Shown in pieces: positions 51,522 through 63,793 of a stretch of DNA of 64,000 nucleotides. The translations under genes were made by a program, and so were the position numbers. The notes under the pieces are model-generated. The model was not told the DNA's origin. It worked only from the letters and a program-made list of their open reading frames with translations, and made no database searches. Source of the stretch: Candidatus Dadabacteria bacterium (lineage in GTDB: Bacteria > Desulfobacterota_D > UBA1144 > Nemesobacterales > CSP1-2); contig CAWDVW010000007.1 in assembly GCA_963805855.1 (NCBI GenBank), positions 160,001 to 224,000 of the forward strand, given 5' to 3'. How positions within the stretch are numbered: position 1 is the stretch's first letter; the number at the start of each line of letters is the position of its first letter.

Positions 51522-51594
51522 GTAAACAAAACGAATGAATGTTTTATTGTACTGAGGTATATTTGGAATTTAATTTTAGAAATGTCGATAAAGA

Positions 51595-51918
51595 TTATTC
51601 CCAGATAAACTTCTTTAATAATTCTTGTTTGTCATGTTCTGTAACCGTTCGTTTTATGCGGATAGTTTTCATCTCATGATCCTCTACTAATTCAAGACCC
51701 ATAAAATTTAGAATGTCAGTAGCGGCTTGTCTGTACCCCTCATAGAATTCCTGTATTTCACCAGCTGCTCTGACGGTTGCGGAGTCAAGATATAGGGCAA
51801 TGGCCGCAAATTCCTTTGGGACATCGTTTCCGATCTCAAGCGAGTAATCTTCGAGAGTTTCAACCAAAATGTATCTTTCCCACATTTCTACTACTTTATC
51901 AAAATCCTCTATTTTCAT
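51595..51918 (-). CDS. Hypothetical acidic protein
   Basis: 107-aa ORF with protein-like composition, co-oriented with its neighbours. Confidence 0.65.
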   Translation of the reverse strand: MKIEDFDKVVEMWERYILVETLEDYSLEIGNDVPKEFAAIALYLDSATVRAAGEIQEFYEGYRQAATDILNFMGLELVEDHEMKTIRIKRTVTEHDKQELLKKFIWE

Positions 51919-52049
51919 TCTCTGCTGATCCTTATTTTAGATTTTCTATAGGATGTTCTGTAAAACACCGTATATAAATTGTATAACATAATATTTAAAC
52001 TATAAAAAGTTAACAACCACTGGCGACTTAACCTAATCGCTGGCTAATC

Positions 52050-52460
52050 TCATTGCCTTTTATCAAGTAGCTTACTCGCAACGATAATATTGTCTCTACC
52101 AGCAGTCTCGGCAATTTTAACTGCTTCATCCAGCGTTACGGAGGAAGAAAGTGTGGCAAGCTTAAGCAGCATGGGTAAATTTACTCCTGAAATAACTTCA
52201 ACCCTCTTATCCTCTAAAAAAGTGAAACTGATATTTGAGGGTGTACCGCCGAACATGTCGGTCACAAGAAGGATACCATCTCCCTCGTCCACCTTTTTTA
52301 TGGCTTTTTTTATGTTCTGGGTAAAGGTCTCAAATTCCATTCCCTGATCAAGACATAAGCCTTCAATCTTCACATTTGGGTTTCCGGAAATAACAAATTT
52401 TACGACCGAAATGAGCTCATCGGCTAATTTGCCATGCGTAACTACGACTATTCCTACCAT
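52050..52460 (-). CDS. PTS EIIA, mannose/fructose type
   Basis: VVTHG, TDMFGGTPSN, GVNLPML. Confidence 0.92.
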   Translation of the reverse strand: MVGIVVVTHGKLADELISVVKFVISGNPNVKIEGLCLDQGMEFETFTQNIKKAIKKVDEGDGILLVTDMFGGTPSNISFTFLEDKRVEVISGVNLPMLLKLATLSSSVTLDEAVKIAETAGRDNIIVASKLLDKRQ

Positions 52461-52469
52461 ATTTTCGCC

Positions 52470-53324
52470 TTAGTTTTTGAGTATATCTCTGTGACTCACC
52501 ATCGGGGAAAAGTGTTTTAGCCTTTTTGAAATTTCATTAACCATGACAACGGATCTGTGTTTACCTCCGGTGCACCCGACTGCTATTGTTAGATAAGATT
52601 TACCTTCCTTTTTGTATCTGGGGATTAAGAATTCAAAAAGGTCAACTACCTTGTCGATGAACTTTGTTGTATCTTCCTGCTCAGTGACGAAATCTATTAC
52701 TTCCTTATCTAATCCGTTTAAATCTTTTAGGTGTTCGATAAAATATGGATTTGTGAGAAATCTGACATCCATTACTATATCTGCGTCATAGGGATAACCA
52801 TAACTCGTCCCGAATGACATTAAAGTAACATAAATATTATTGTTGGTCGATTCGCCAAATCTATCTTGGACCAGTGCCCTTAGTTCATGTACGTTTAAAG
52901 AAGACGTGTCGATTAAGTGGTCCGCAATCTTAGACACTATCGACAGTCTCTCTCTTTCCATGGCAATCACCTCAAGTATGTTACCATCTGTGGAAAGGGG
53001 GTGTTTTCTCCTGGTGTTCTTATACCGTTTAACAAGTGCTTCATCTGAAGAATCTAAAAATAGTATCTCAAAATTATATCCCTTCTCTCTGAGTTCTCTT
53101 ATCATGTTTATGGAATAATTGAAGAAATCTCCCTCTCTTATGTCTATCACAAGGGCGGCTTTCGCCATCTGACCTAAGTACGTAGAGCGTAGATCAATAA
53201 AATTAACAAGCAGCGGAGGGGGCAGATTATCAACACAATAATAGCCAACGTCTTCGAGTGCCCTCATTGCCGTGCTTTTTCCTGAGCCCGACATTCCACT
53301 TAAAATCAAAAGACGATCCATCAT
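52470..53324 (-). CDS. rapZ: RNase adapter RapZ (YvcJ family)
   Basis: GMSGSGKS, YCVDNLP, DVRFL.NPY, GCTGGKHRSV, HRD. Confidence 0.95.
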   Translation of the reverse strand: MMDRLLILSGMSGSGKSTAMRALEDVGYYCVDNLPPPLLVNFIDLRSTYLGQMAKAALVIDIREGDFFNYSINMIRELREKGYNFEILFLDSSDEALVKRYKNTRRKHPLSTDGNILEVIAMERERLSIVSKIADHLIDTSSLNVHELRALVQDRFGESTNNNIYVTLMSFGTSYGYPYDADIVMDVRFLTNPYFIEHLKDLNGLDKEVIDFVTEQEDTTKFIDKVVDLFEFLIPRYKKEGKSYLTIAVGCTGGKHRSVVMVNEISKRLKHFSPMVSHRDILKN

Positions 53325-53346
53325 TATCCCTTTTTCGATAGCTTAA

Positions 53347-54282
53347 TTATCTGGTGAAATCTCCCACAGGAGCTGACTTATGCCTTTTTTTAATGAGTTG
53401 ATTTCTTACAGCGACGTCGACCACCGTAGAGGTATTCCTTCCCGGGCTTACCGGTATAACAAGATATGGCACTTCGACATCCATCACTTTATAACTTCTC
53501 TGATCCAGTCCCAGACGATCATAGTTTTCTTCAGGGTTCCATTGAGACATCTCTATTACCATATCAATTTCCCTTTTATCCATAACTGATGTGGTTCCAA
53601 ATAAGTCCTTTATATTAACTATTCCTATCCCTCGAATCTCCATTAAGTGCCGTATATTTCCTGGACCACTCCCCATCAATGTCGATATGCCGATCTTCCT
53701 TATTTCAACTATGTCATCTGCAATCAATTTAGATCCTCTTAAAATCAGGTCGAGTGCACATTCGCTTTTACCGATGCCGCTTTTACCTAGTATTAGTACC
53801 CCTAGACTATGTATATCTATTAACACTCCGTGCTTGGTTATAAAAGGTGCAAGCCTTTCTTCAAGGATATAATTTAGCGTTGAGATCAGTCGTCCCGTGT
53901 ACAAATCGGTGACGAATAATGGGACTTTTCTTTTTTGAAATGTTCTCTTCAGTAGGTCTGGCGGATTCAATCCCTTAGAGATGATATAACAAGGGATATC
54001 CTTCTCCGCGAGAACATCAGCAATCTTTTTCTGTTTGACCGGTGGAAGGCGGTCAAGGAAATTTAACTCTGTTCTACCAAAGATTTGTATTTTCCCATCT
54101 TCTAGCTGGATATTGGATTCGATCATCCTTAGACCAGGTTTCTGAACCCTGTCTAATTTGATATTTCGATTAAGCCCTTTCTTGCCGGCAACTAAGTTGA
54201 GTCCTAGATCTTTCCTCCATGAATTATATAACTCTTGAACCTTAAAAGCGGTATTTGCATTAGATCTTTGCATCTTCTTCAA
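53347..54282 (-). CDS. hprK: HPr kinase/phosphorylase
   Basis: HGVL, GKSGIGKSECAL, LIADD, MEIRGIGI, YDRLG, PVSPGRN. Confidence 0.95.
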   Translation of the reverse strand: MKKMQRSNANTAFKVQELYNSWRKDLGLNLVAGKKGLNRNIKLDRVQKPGLRMIESNIQLEDGKIQIFGRTELNFLDRLPPVKQKKIADVLAEKDIPCYIISKGLNPPDLLKRTFQKRKVPLFVTDLYTGRLISTLNYILEERLAPFITKHGVLIDIHSLGVLILGKSGIGKSECALDLILRGSKLIADDIVEIRKIGISTLMGSGPGNIRHLMEIRGIGIVNIKDLFGTTSVMDKREIDMVIEMSQWNPEENYDRLGLDQRSYKVMDVEVPYLVIPVSPGRNTSTVVDVAVRNQLIKKRHKSAPVGDFTR

Positions 54283-54685
54283 TAATCATATTATATAGCT
54301 CTTCTTCTGTTTGCGCGTCCATTAGTCGAGAGCGGAATTCAGGATTTTTAAAGATCCGGGAAATTCTAGCCAAGAGCTTTAGATGTACACCCGAGGAACT
54401 TTCGGGAGCTAATAACAATATAAAAAGATGAGTAGGATTACCATCCAGTGACTCGAAATCGATTCCTTCAACACTCCTAGCAAAAGCCGCTACTATATTT
54501 GATAGACCGCTTATCTTGCCATGGGGTATGGCTACGCCTTCATCGACCGCGGTGCTGCATAGTTTTTCACGCTCGAGGAGCACTGAAACGAGGTTATCTC
54601 TGCTTAAATTTAGATACTGTTCGGTTACTCGTTCCGCGAGTTCCCGAATTGCATCCGGTTTAGACTTAGCTTTAAGGTTTAACAT
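54260..54685 (-). CDS. ptsN: PTS EIIA(Ntr)-type protein
   Basis: EREKLCSTAV..GVAIPHG, IDFESLDG, HLKLLARISR; the N-terminus may extend about 12 codons upstream (GIADVL). Confidence 0.9.
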   Translation of the reverse strand: MLNLKAKSKPDAIRELAERVTEQYLNLSRDNLVSVLLEREKLCSTAVDEGVAIPHGKISGLSNIVAAFARSVEGIDFESLDGNPTHLFILLLAPESSSGVHLKLLARISRIFKNPEFRSRLMDAQTEEELYNMIIEEDAKI

Positions 54686-54738
54686 TGCTAATTCCTTCCC
54701 TAAAACATCCGCTATCCCTAAAACCCTTTTTTGAGCGA

Positions 54739-55281
54739 CTATGGGGTTATTAATTCTATGGTTCCCCCTTTTGTTTTATGCAGAATATTCATCGCTCCGG
54801 TTTCGCTATTTTTAAATGCGACAAATCCAAACTGTGACACATTTAACTGCAGCAATGCTTCTTCAACCGACATTGGTTTTTTGGGGAGCTTCCTGACCCA
54901 AATAGTACCAGCCTCTGTGTTTTCAGTTGGCTGATCCGATATCAGAGCAGGTTTTATTTTTATACTTTCTCTCCTTTTTGTTTTAATCTTTTTATCAGTT
55001 TGCTTTTTTAGTTGTTTAATTATTGAGTTGATGGATTTGTCAATAGCCAAATGCATAGCCTCCGAATTGACGGATGACGTTGCTTTAAAATTACCGCTGG
55101 TTAAAATCCCTTCGACAGAGTTTCTGAATTTCTCTACGGATAGAACAAATCTCAGTTCTGAAGGATCCTTAGCGGGATTTATGTATCGGTTAAATCTTTT
55201 GACCCTTTTCAGAATATATTGTCGCAAGCTTTCAGATTGTTTTTGATCGTTTATGTGTCTTACTGTTATCGTGATCTTCAT
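54739..55281 (-). CDS. hpf: Long-form ribosome hibernation promoting factor
   Basis: MKITITVRH N-terminal domain, KPMSVEEALLQL C-terminal domain; follows rpoN. Confidence 0.88.
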   Translation of the reverse strand: MKITITVRHINDQKQSESLRQYILKRVKRFNRYINPAKDPSELRFVLSVEKFRNSVEGILTSGNFKATSSVNSEAMHLAIDKSINSIIKQLKKQTDKKIKTKRRESIKIKPALISDQPTENTEAGTIWVRKLPKKPMSVEEALLQLNVSQFGFVAFKNSETGAMNILHKTKGGTIELITP

Positions 55282-55285
55282 TTCC

Positions 55286-56785
55286 TCATCCCTTTATTGA
55301 TGTTCGCTCATGTGAAGGCGGAATTTTCATCATTTTTCTATACTTAGAAATCGTTCTTCGAGCGAGCTTTATTTTCTTTCGTTCGAGTATCCTTGATATA
55401 TCCTCGTCCGAATATGGGCTTTCTGGTAATTCGTTATCGATAATATCCCTAAGAATCGACTTTACGCGCTCGAATGAGATGCTTTCTCCAACCAAAGTTT
55501 CTATTTTCCTCGAAAATAGAGATTTAAGCTCAATTAGTCCTTGTGGGGTGTAAATATACCTCCTACTCGTTATTCGACTTACTGTTGATTCGTGCACATT
55601 AACATCTTCATGCTGTGCTATGTCTTTTAACCTTAGAGGTTTTATATGTTCCCGACCGTGTTCGAAAAAATCCTTCTGATGATCGATGATCTTGGCTATG
55701 ACTTTCCTGATTGCCGAATCGCGTTCTTCGAGACACTTAATTATTCTCTGAGCTGACTCAAGCTTTTCTTTAATGTATTTTTTTACATCTGAAGGCAGTT
55801 TCCCCTTATTTAAAAGGTTTTTATAATAATGGCTAACCCTCACTTTCGGCCTGTCTCTATTTAACTGTAATTGCAGTTCATCTCCGACCTTATATATATA
55901 AAAATCAGGAACTATGTGTTTCTCCGAATCTTTGGAGTAAAACGGTCGTCCGGGTTTTGGTTCGAGCCTTGAGATTACATGTACGGCTTTCTTTGCTTCT
56001 TGTTCTTTAATACCCAAGCTGTTAGCGATTTCGTCATATCGTTTCTTACTGACATCATCCAGGTGATTATTTACTATGCTTGTTTCCACTCCGCTATCGT
56101 GATACCCAAGTTCCTTCAGTTGAATTAGTAGCGATTCTTTTAAGTCTCTGGCACACACACCCGGAGGGTCAAAGGAGGATTGAATTTTTTTTAGTACAGC
56201 CTCGATCGTACTAATGTCGATGTCCATCGGCCCTGGAGTATATTCTGGACCATCGTCTTCAACCGACAGATTTGACTCCGAGCCTCGATCCGCTTCGCGA
56301 ATCGATTTGCCTAACATTGAAACAATTTCATCTAACCCCGCCTCAAGATAACCATCTTCGTTTATGTTGCCGATTATGATGGATGCGATATGCCTTTCAA
56401 AAGCTGTTAAATCTAAAAGCGCAAGCTGCCACCTCAGGTAGTCTATAAGAGAGTCAGTCGAAGAAACGCTGTTTTCCCAAGAATAGTCATCTTCACTATC
56501 ATTGCTGAAATCTCTAGTAAAAGGTATGTCATCGTTTATACTTGGCATGGGTCCTGTGTCTTCGAGTTTAGAATCTACCTGACCTTCTGAACTGCTTTCT
56601 CCCTTATCACTTATTTCTTGGATCTCTTCCAACGCTGGATTTTCAAGCAGTTGTTCTTCGAGATACTCAGAAAGTTCAATGGTGGTCATTTGTATGAGCC
56701 TTAAGAATAACTGCAGGTCTTGGGTTAAAATGAGACGTTGTTGCTGGAGAAGCCTTGGAGTAGTTTTTAATTCGATTGAACTCAT
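55286..56785 (-). CDS. rpoN: RNA polymerase sigma-54 factor
   Basis: Gln/Leu-rich region I, ENPALE, DPPGVCARDL, HESTVSR, RpoN box ARRTISKYR. Confidence 0.96.
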   Translation of the reverse strand: MSSIELKTTPRLLQQQRLILTQDLQLFLRLIQMTTIELSEYLEEQLLENPALEEIQEISDKGESSSEGQVDSKLEDTGPMPSINDDIPFTRDFSNDSEDDYSWENSVSSTDSLIDYLRWQLALLDLTAFERHIASIIIGNINEDGYLEAGLDEIVSMLGKSIREADRGSESNLSVEDDGPEYTPGPMDIDISTIEAVLKKIQSSFDPPGVCARDLKESLLIQLKELGYHDSGVETSIVNNHLDDVSKKRYDEIANSLGIKEQEAKKAVHVISRLEPKPGRPFYSKDSEKHIVPDFYIYKVGDELQLQLNRDRPKVRVSHYYKNLLNKGKLPSDVKKYIKEKLESAQRIIKCLEERDSAIRKVIAKIIDHQKDFFEHGREHIKPLRLKDIAQHEDVNVHESTVSRITSRRYIYTPQGLIELKSLFSRKIETLVGESISFERVKSILRDIIDNELPESPYSDEDISRILERKKIKLARRTISKYRKMMKIPPSHERTSIKG

Positions 56786-56954
56786 TGTTGAATTCTACAT
56801 TTTCGTTTAATGTATTTATTAGATAGATTAAATCTTTACTTCCTAAACTTCCAGCACCCTCGGTTTCGGATTTATCAATATTCCTGATAGATTGCGATTA
56901 AAGCTTACCATTATATAATTTACTGTAAAGATAAATATCAAGAGGGTTGGGTCA

Positions 56955-57179
56955 ATGGAAATTCAGTCTTTAGGGAAAATAATACTTTTAATGGGAATAT
57001 TTCTTGTGGTGTTTGGGTCGCTTATTTTATTATCCCCGAAGATCCCCTTCATCGGAAGGTTGCCTGGGGATATCCTTATAAAACGAGATAACTTTACATT
57101 TTTTTTCCCTCTAGCTTCCTCGATCGTTATCAGTTTGATAATAACGATAATTTTGAATCTCCTATTGGGAAGGAGGTAA
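56955..57179 (+). CDS. DUF2905 family membrane protein
   Basis: GRLPGDI...NFTFFFPLAS between two TM helices. Confidence 0.9.
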   Translation: MEIQSLGKIILLMGIFLVVFGSLILLSPKIPFIGRLPGDILIKRDNFTFFFPLASSIVISLIITIILNLLLGRR

Positions 57180-57651
57180 TATCTAAACAAATTCTTTCAT
57201 TAGGTTCTTGGATGATTTCAAACTCAATGACGTTGAATTTGGTATACTTTCTCCCAACGATTTCGGATCCTAGGTGTGTGCAGGTTGTTTTTTGTAACAT
57301 GACGTCATCTGACGCTACCAACGACTGGCTTACTGTTTAATAAAAATAAGACGGTCTATCAATAACTATTTGCTATTTTTTGTTGTTGGTGGATTGAACC
57401 TCGGAATTGTTAAATAAATATTTTAAAAACTGTGGATCAATCTTGTGAAGATAAGTTTTCCGTTTAAGAATTGTGGAAAAAGATGGGGCGTCTGGCTTAA
57501 TATATGACTTTAAGTCTGATACTTAACCTCCAGAAATAAATATATAGTTAAATTAAATTCTACGAGCGATTTCGATTGCCTGATATTAAGACATCCGATA
57601 AAGTTATTTTAGCTTAAAGACAAGGGATTTTCCTGGCGAGATAATTATTTA

Positions 57652-58275
57652 TCAGGTATCAATTTCTGGAATTGCCCATTTCCGTTGATGCCAGATTTTC
57701 TCTTCATATGCTATGATTTTATCCTCATGTTGTAGGGTATGAGCGATATCATCCAGTCCTTCCAGCAGAGTCCTCTTCTTGAATGAATCTATTTCAAAAT
57801 TGATAACCCATCCCTCATAATCAGCTATGGTCTGTCGCTCCAAATCTACCGTCAGCGAGTACTCGTTTTTAGAGTGAACTTTCAGAAAAAGCTCATCAAC
57901 TGTACTCTTATGAAGAGTGATTGGGAGTATGGCATTTTTGAAACAATTGTTATAGAAAATATCGGCAAATGATGGGGCGATAATAACTTCAAATCCGTAT
58001 TCCCTTAGAGCCCAGGGCGCGTGTTCCCTGGAGCTTCCGCTGCCAAAGTTGTCTCTTGCAAGTAGTATCTTTGCTCCTTTATACCGTTTCTTATTCAATA
58101 CAAACTCTGGATTTAAAGATCCATCGTCGGTATATCTCCAGTCATAGAAGAGGAACTCGCCGAAACCGGTTCGTTCGATGCGCTTCAGAAACTGTTTGGG
58201 AATGATTTGATCGGTATCCACATTTATTTTGTCTAGGGGAACTACAATACTTGAGACAATCGATAATGGTTCCAT
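57652..58275 (-). CDS. leuD: 3-isopropylmalate dehydratase small subunit
   Basis: NVDTDQIIPKQFL, NFGSGSSREHAPWAL, SFADIFYNN, GLDDI. Confidence 0.97.
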   Translation of the reverse strand: MEPLSIVSSIVVPLDKINVDTDQIIPKQFLKRIERTGFGEFLFYDWRYTDDGSLNPEFVLNKKRYKGAKILLARDNFGSGSSREHAPWALREYGFEVIIAPSFADIFYNNCFKNAILPITLHKSTVDELFLKVHSKNEYSLTVDLERQTIADYEGWVINFEIDSFKKRTLLEGLDDIAHTLQHEDKIIAYEEKIWHQRKWAIPEIDT

Positions 58276-58286
58276 AATTTTTCCTT

Positions 58287-59711
58287 TTAAAGATCTCTGT
58301 CTAAGTCCCAATTCCGTATATCTATAAAATGTCCCTCAATTGCCGCTGCAGCGGCCATTATCGGACTTACTAAATGGGTTCTACCGCCTTTTCCCTGACG
58401 CCCCTCGAAATTTCTGTTTGAAGTGCTTGCACATCTCTCCCCGGGCGCAAGTATATCGGGATTCATCCCTAGACACATGCTGCACCCAGATTCGCGCCAT
58501 TCAAATCCCGCCTCTGTGAAGATCTTGTCAAGTCCTAACTTCTCGGCTTCAGATTTAACCATCTGAGATCCCGGCACCACCATTGCCCTTATGTTTGAGG
58601 CCACTTTTTTGCCCTTTACCACTTTCGCCGCCGCGGTTAAATCTTCAAGTCTGGAATTCGTGCAGGAACCAATAAACACCCTATCTAAGGCAATTTCTTG
58701 AATTGGTGTCTTTGGCTTAAGCCCCATATACTCTAGAGCGCTTTTGGCCGCCTTTCGAATTGCCGGATCAGAAAACGAAGTTGGGTCGGGAACAATTCCG
58801 ACTACGTCTGTCACCATTCCCGGATTAGTTCCCCAACTCACTTGAGGAGCCATGACAGATGCGTCGAAGGTAACCGACTTATCGAATACCGCGCCATCAT
58901 CTGTCTTCAGTTTTTGCCATTCTGAAACTGCTTCCTCAAATTCAATGCCTTTTGGAGCATAAAGTCTCCCGTCAATGTACTCGAAGGTCTTTTCATCGGG
59001 AGCGATCATTCCTGCTCGTGCGCCCGCTTCTATTGACATATTGCAAATTGTCATCCGTTCTTCCATTGATAGAGCCTCGATAGCTTTTCCTCTATACTCA
59101 ATAACCGTTCCAGTTGCACCCGCTGTTCCTATGTAGCCAATAATACTCAGGATTATATCTTTAGCTGTTACTCCTCTTGATCTGGCTCCGTTTACTTTGA
59201 CCTCAAAAACGCTGGGTCGGCTTTGCCTGAGACATTGAGTTGCGAGCACGTGTTCTACTTCGCTCGTGCCAATACCAAAAGCTAGGGCTCCAAAGGCACC
59301 ATGAGTTGAAGTATGACTGTCGCCGCAAACGATTGTCATTCCGGGCTTGGTGAGTCCAAGTTCTGGTCCAATTACATGCACGATCCCCTGTAAATGACTA
59401 TTTATGCTGAGGCCAAATAATTCGATTCCAAATTCTTTACAATTTGCTCTTAGCGTATCCATCTGCTTCTTTGATATGGGATCATCAATCGGTAAGTTTC
59501 TTGCGCTTGTTGGTACATTATGGTCCTTGGTTGCGAAGGTCAGGTCTGGCCTTCTTAGCATTCTTCCTGAAAGGCGGAGGCCTTCGAAGGCTTGTGGTGA
59601 GGTGACCTCGTGGACAAGGTGTAAGTCAATATAGAGAAGAGTTGGTTGACCCTCTTCCTCATAAACGACGTGGGATTTCCAAATTTTATCAAACAGTGTT
59701 TCGGTTGCCAT
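58287..59711 (-). CDS. leuC: 3-isopropylmalate dehydratase large subunit
   Basis: [47 protein letters not shown]. Confidence 0.98.
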   Translation of the reverse strand: MATETLFDKIWKSHVVYEEEGQPTLLYIDLHLVHEVTSPQAFEGLRLSGRMLRRPDLTFATKDHNVPTSARNLPIDDPISKKQMDTLRANCKEFGIELFGLSINSHLQGIVHVIGPELGLTKPGMTIVCGDSHTSTHGAFGALAFGIGTSEVEHVLATQCLRQSRPSVFEVKVNGARSRGVTAKDIILSIIGYIGTAGATGTVIEYRGKAIEALSMEERMTICNMSIEAGARAGMIAPDEKTFEYIDGRLYAPKGIEFEEAVSEWQKLKTDDGAVFDKSVTFDASVMAPQVSWGTNPGMVTDVVGIVPDPTSFSDPAIRKAAKSALEYMGLKPKTPIQEIALDRVFIGSCTNSRLEDLTAAAKVVKGKKVASNIRAMVVPGSQMVKSEAEKLGLDKIFTEAGFEWRESGCSMCLGMNPDILAPGERCASTSNRNFEGRQGKGGRTHLVSPIMAAAAAIEGHFIDIRNWDLDRDL

Positions 59712-59950
59712 ATGTCAGTCGGGTAATTTTGCTTTAACTCGTAATTATACATGAAAAATTTTTAAGTCTAATTTCGGCCATTCTGGCCGGGATCAAAATG
59801 GGGACTAGACAGGTTTGACGATCGTAAATAAACCATGTATTTAACACAGACGAAAGTCGGCGTTTTATTGCGCGGGCAGTCGTCACGGATAATTACAAAA
59901 TCTTTGCTTGAACAAAAGCAGCGCAGAACACTGGTTGCATGCAATTATTT

Positions 59951-59978
59951 GTAGAGACGCAAAATTTTGCGTCTCTAC
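59951..59978. repeat. GTAG-type REP, perfect 28-bp palindrome
   Basis: gtagagacgcaaaa/ttttgcgtctctac. Confidence 0.8.
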
Positions 59979-60033
59979 GATTTAATGTGAATGCTGGATT
60001 TCCCATGCTGAAGTTGAATCAGCATCTGGAGGT

Positions 60034-61344
<1,311 letters not shown>

Positions 61345-61534
61345 TTACCATAATACTATACGGCTAGCAAATTTTCATGGGCGATAGCGAATTTATCGGT
61401 GATAATGGTTATTTCTGACATCCTGTGGATACTTCGTAATCTTGAAATTATAATGGTAAAGGAATCGGACGGTTTCCGAAGAGAATTATATTTAGTCTAC
61501 ATAGCATATTTGGTTAATAAAAACAAGAAATAAT

Positions 61535-62656
61535 ATGAAGGTCCTAATGCTCAGTTATGAATTTCCCCCATTGGGAGGGGGTGGAGCCAAGGTCGTTTAT
61601 GGATTAACAAATGAACTGGCCAGGCTGGGACATGAGGTTGATATTGTTACCATGGGATTTAGAAACCTGCCTAAACATGAAAAATTAGACGATACTAATA
61701 TCTATAGAGTTCCTTGTCTTAGAACTAGCGAGTCAATTTGCTCAACACCCGAAATGGTCTCATACGCATTGTCTGCAATTCCGTTTGTTTTAAGACTTAT
61801 AAAGAGCAAACATTATGATATCAATCATACCCATTTTATCTTCCCGGATGGTCTAGTCTCCTATCTGATGAAGAAGATAACAAGACTACCCTACATTATC
61901 ACGGCACATGGTTCTGATGTGCCCGGTTATAATCCCGATCGATTTAGAATTGAGCATAAGATTCTTTCACCGCTCTGGAAAAAGATTGTTAAGGATGCGG
62001 ATCAACTTGTTTGCCTTAGCGAAACCCTTAAATCACTCGTGAATGAACATTACTCCGGTGATAATGTCTCTGTGATCCCAAATGCAATAGATTTGGATAG
62101 ATTTGAGCCAGTCAAAAAAAAGCATAAAAAAATACTTATTGTAAGCAGGATGTTTGAAAGAAAAGGAATCCAACACTTTCTAAAGGCCTTGGATGGATTA
62201 GAAAATAACCATGATATAAACATAGTTGGTGACGGCCCCTATTTGCAAACCCTTAAACAGATGGTTGATGGCCAGAGTAAAAAGATTAAGTTTTGGGGAT
62301 GGCTTGACCATACATCAAGTGAATTAAGGGACTTATATCAGACTTCTAGCGTTTTTGTGTTTCCGTCTGAGTCTGAGAATTTTCCAATTGTCCTCTTGGA
62401 GGCAATGGCAGCGGGTTTAGCAATAATTACAACGAAAAATACAGGGTGTGAGGAGGTGGTTGGAGATTCGGCCTTATTGGTTGAATCAAGAAATCCCATA
62501 GCTATAAGTGGGGCGTTAACTATGCTTATCGATAATCCTGGGTTATGTAGGGAGTTGGGAAAGGCAGCGAGAAGTAGAGTCGAGAACAATTTCAATTGGA
62601 CTGCTGTTGCTGGGCAATATACTAAGTTGTATAAGAAATATGCAATTAACCAGTAG
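61535..62656 (+). CDS. Glycosyltransferase family 4
   Basis: EFPPLGGG, TAHGSD, IPNAID, VGDGP, ENFPIVLLEAMAAG. Confidence 0.92.
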   Translation: MKVLMLSYEFPPLGGGGAKVVYGLTNELARLGHEVDIVTMGFRNLPKHEKLDDTNIYRVPCLRTSESICSTPEMVSYALSAIPFVLRLIKSKHYDINHTHFIFPDGLVSYLMKKITRLPYIITAHGSDVPGYNPDRFRIEHKILSPLWKKIVKDADQLVCLSETLKSLVNEHYSGDNVSVIPNAIDLDRFEPVKKKHKKILIVSRMFERKGIQHFLKALDGLENNHDINIVGDGPYLQTLKQMVDGQSKKIKFWGWLDHTSSELRDLYQTSSVFVFPSESENFPIVLLEAMAAGLAIITTKNTGCEEVVGDSALLVESRNPIAISGALTMLIDNPGLCRELGKAARSRVENNFNWTAVAGQYTKLYKKYAINQ

Positions 62657-62679
62657 TCTTATATATGATATAATACAAA

Positions 62680-63598
62680 TTGAGTTTTTTATTTGATTTC
62701 AGTATGTTAAAAAGTTTTAAAATTGACTTTATTGGTATTGGGGCACCCAAATCAGGTTCGACCTGGTTATTTAATTGCTTAGGATTACATCCAAGGATAT
62801 GTTTATCAGTACCGAAAGAAATAAAATATTTCAATCACATAGACTATACGAAATATATTCGTAACTTTCAGGATAATAATTTAGTAAATAAAAATCATTA
62901 TAAACCACTTTCTTGGTATGAAAGATGTTTTAAACATTGCCATCAAGATTCTATTAAAGGAGAGTTTACACCATCATACCTCTTCGATGATAACGCTCCT
63001 TTATTAATCAGAAAGAACTTCCCCGATATTAAATTGATAGCATGCCTTAGAAATCCTATTGATAGAGCCTATTCAAGTTATTGGGCAAAAAGAAATTATA
63101 CGAAAAAGGAAAAATTATCCTTTGAAGAAGCGATAAAAGAGGGTCTAATGTATATCGAAGGCGGTTTGTATCACAAACATTTAACTCGATATCTAAACTG
63201 TTTTAGAAAGGAGCGAATTCTCATATTATTATTCGATGATATTGTTTTATGGCCAGAGAAAGAAATAAAAAAAGTATTTGAATTTCTAGATGTGGACTCA
63301 ACAGTCAAACTGAATTTGGGGGCAGTATCAATTAACAAAGTCTAAGAAAAGTTGGATTCCTTTCATTAGTTTAATCATGAAAGACTTTCCTAATTTATTA
63401 ATTGATAAGAATCTAGGGCACTTGTTACATATGGCTAGAATGGTTGGTATGAGGGAGTTTTTTTTTGGTCTGACGACAAGTCCTTTCACATATCCAGAAA
63501 TGAATCCCAATACAAGGCAATATTTGAGAAGCGTATTTGATGATGACATAAGGCAATTAGAAAAACTCTTAAATCGTGATTTATCTCAGTGGAAATAA
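62680..63598 (+). CDS. PAPS-dependent sulfotransferase; one-base frameshift at ~63338 splits it into two ORFs
   Basis: IGAPKSGSTWL 5'-PSB, KEIKYF, GEFTPSY, LRNPIDRAYS 3'-PB; the shifted frame continues KSKKSWIPF... to DIRQLEKLLNRDLSQWK. Confidence 0.85.
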
Positions 63599-63793
63599 AA
63601 AATACTGTCGGACAGATTGGTTGTTTCAATCTGAAAATTGCTAATCATAATTTAAAGACAGAGTGTGATAATTTCAAATATTTCATTTAATAATTACACT
63701 TTTGGGTTAAGTGTCGAAAAATTAAAAGATCACACGTGGCAAAATGCTCAGGTGATTAGAGAGTTTGTGCGAAAGGCATAGTCAAAAGTTATT

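Noticed and set aside
51981-52010. dif-like site (TTATGTTATAC on the minus strand)
   Set aside because: Only the XerD-like arm matches; there is no XerC arm at the right spacing.
57380-57560. oriC-like region (tgtggatca at 57431, tgtggaaaa at 57472, AT-rich)
   Set aside because: Only two DnaA-box-like sites, no dnaA/dnaN/gidA context and no clear unwinding repeats; too weak to call.
59800-59825. tmRNA 5'-end resemblance (GGGGACTAGACAGGTTTGACG)
   Set aside because: No matching 3' T-arm/acceptor end and no tag reading frame seen.
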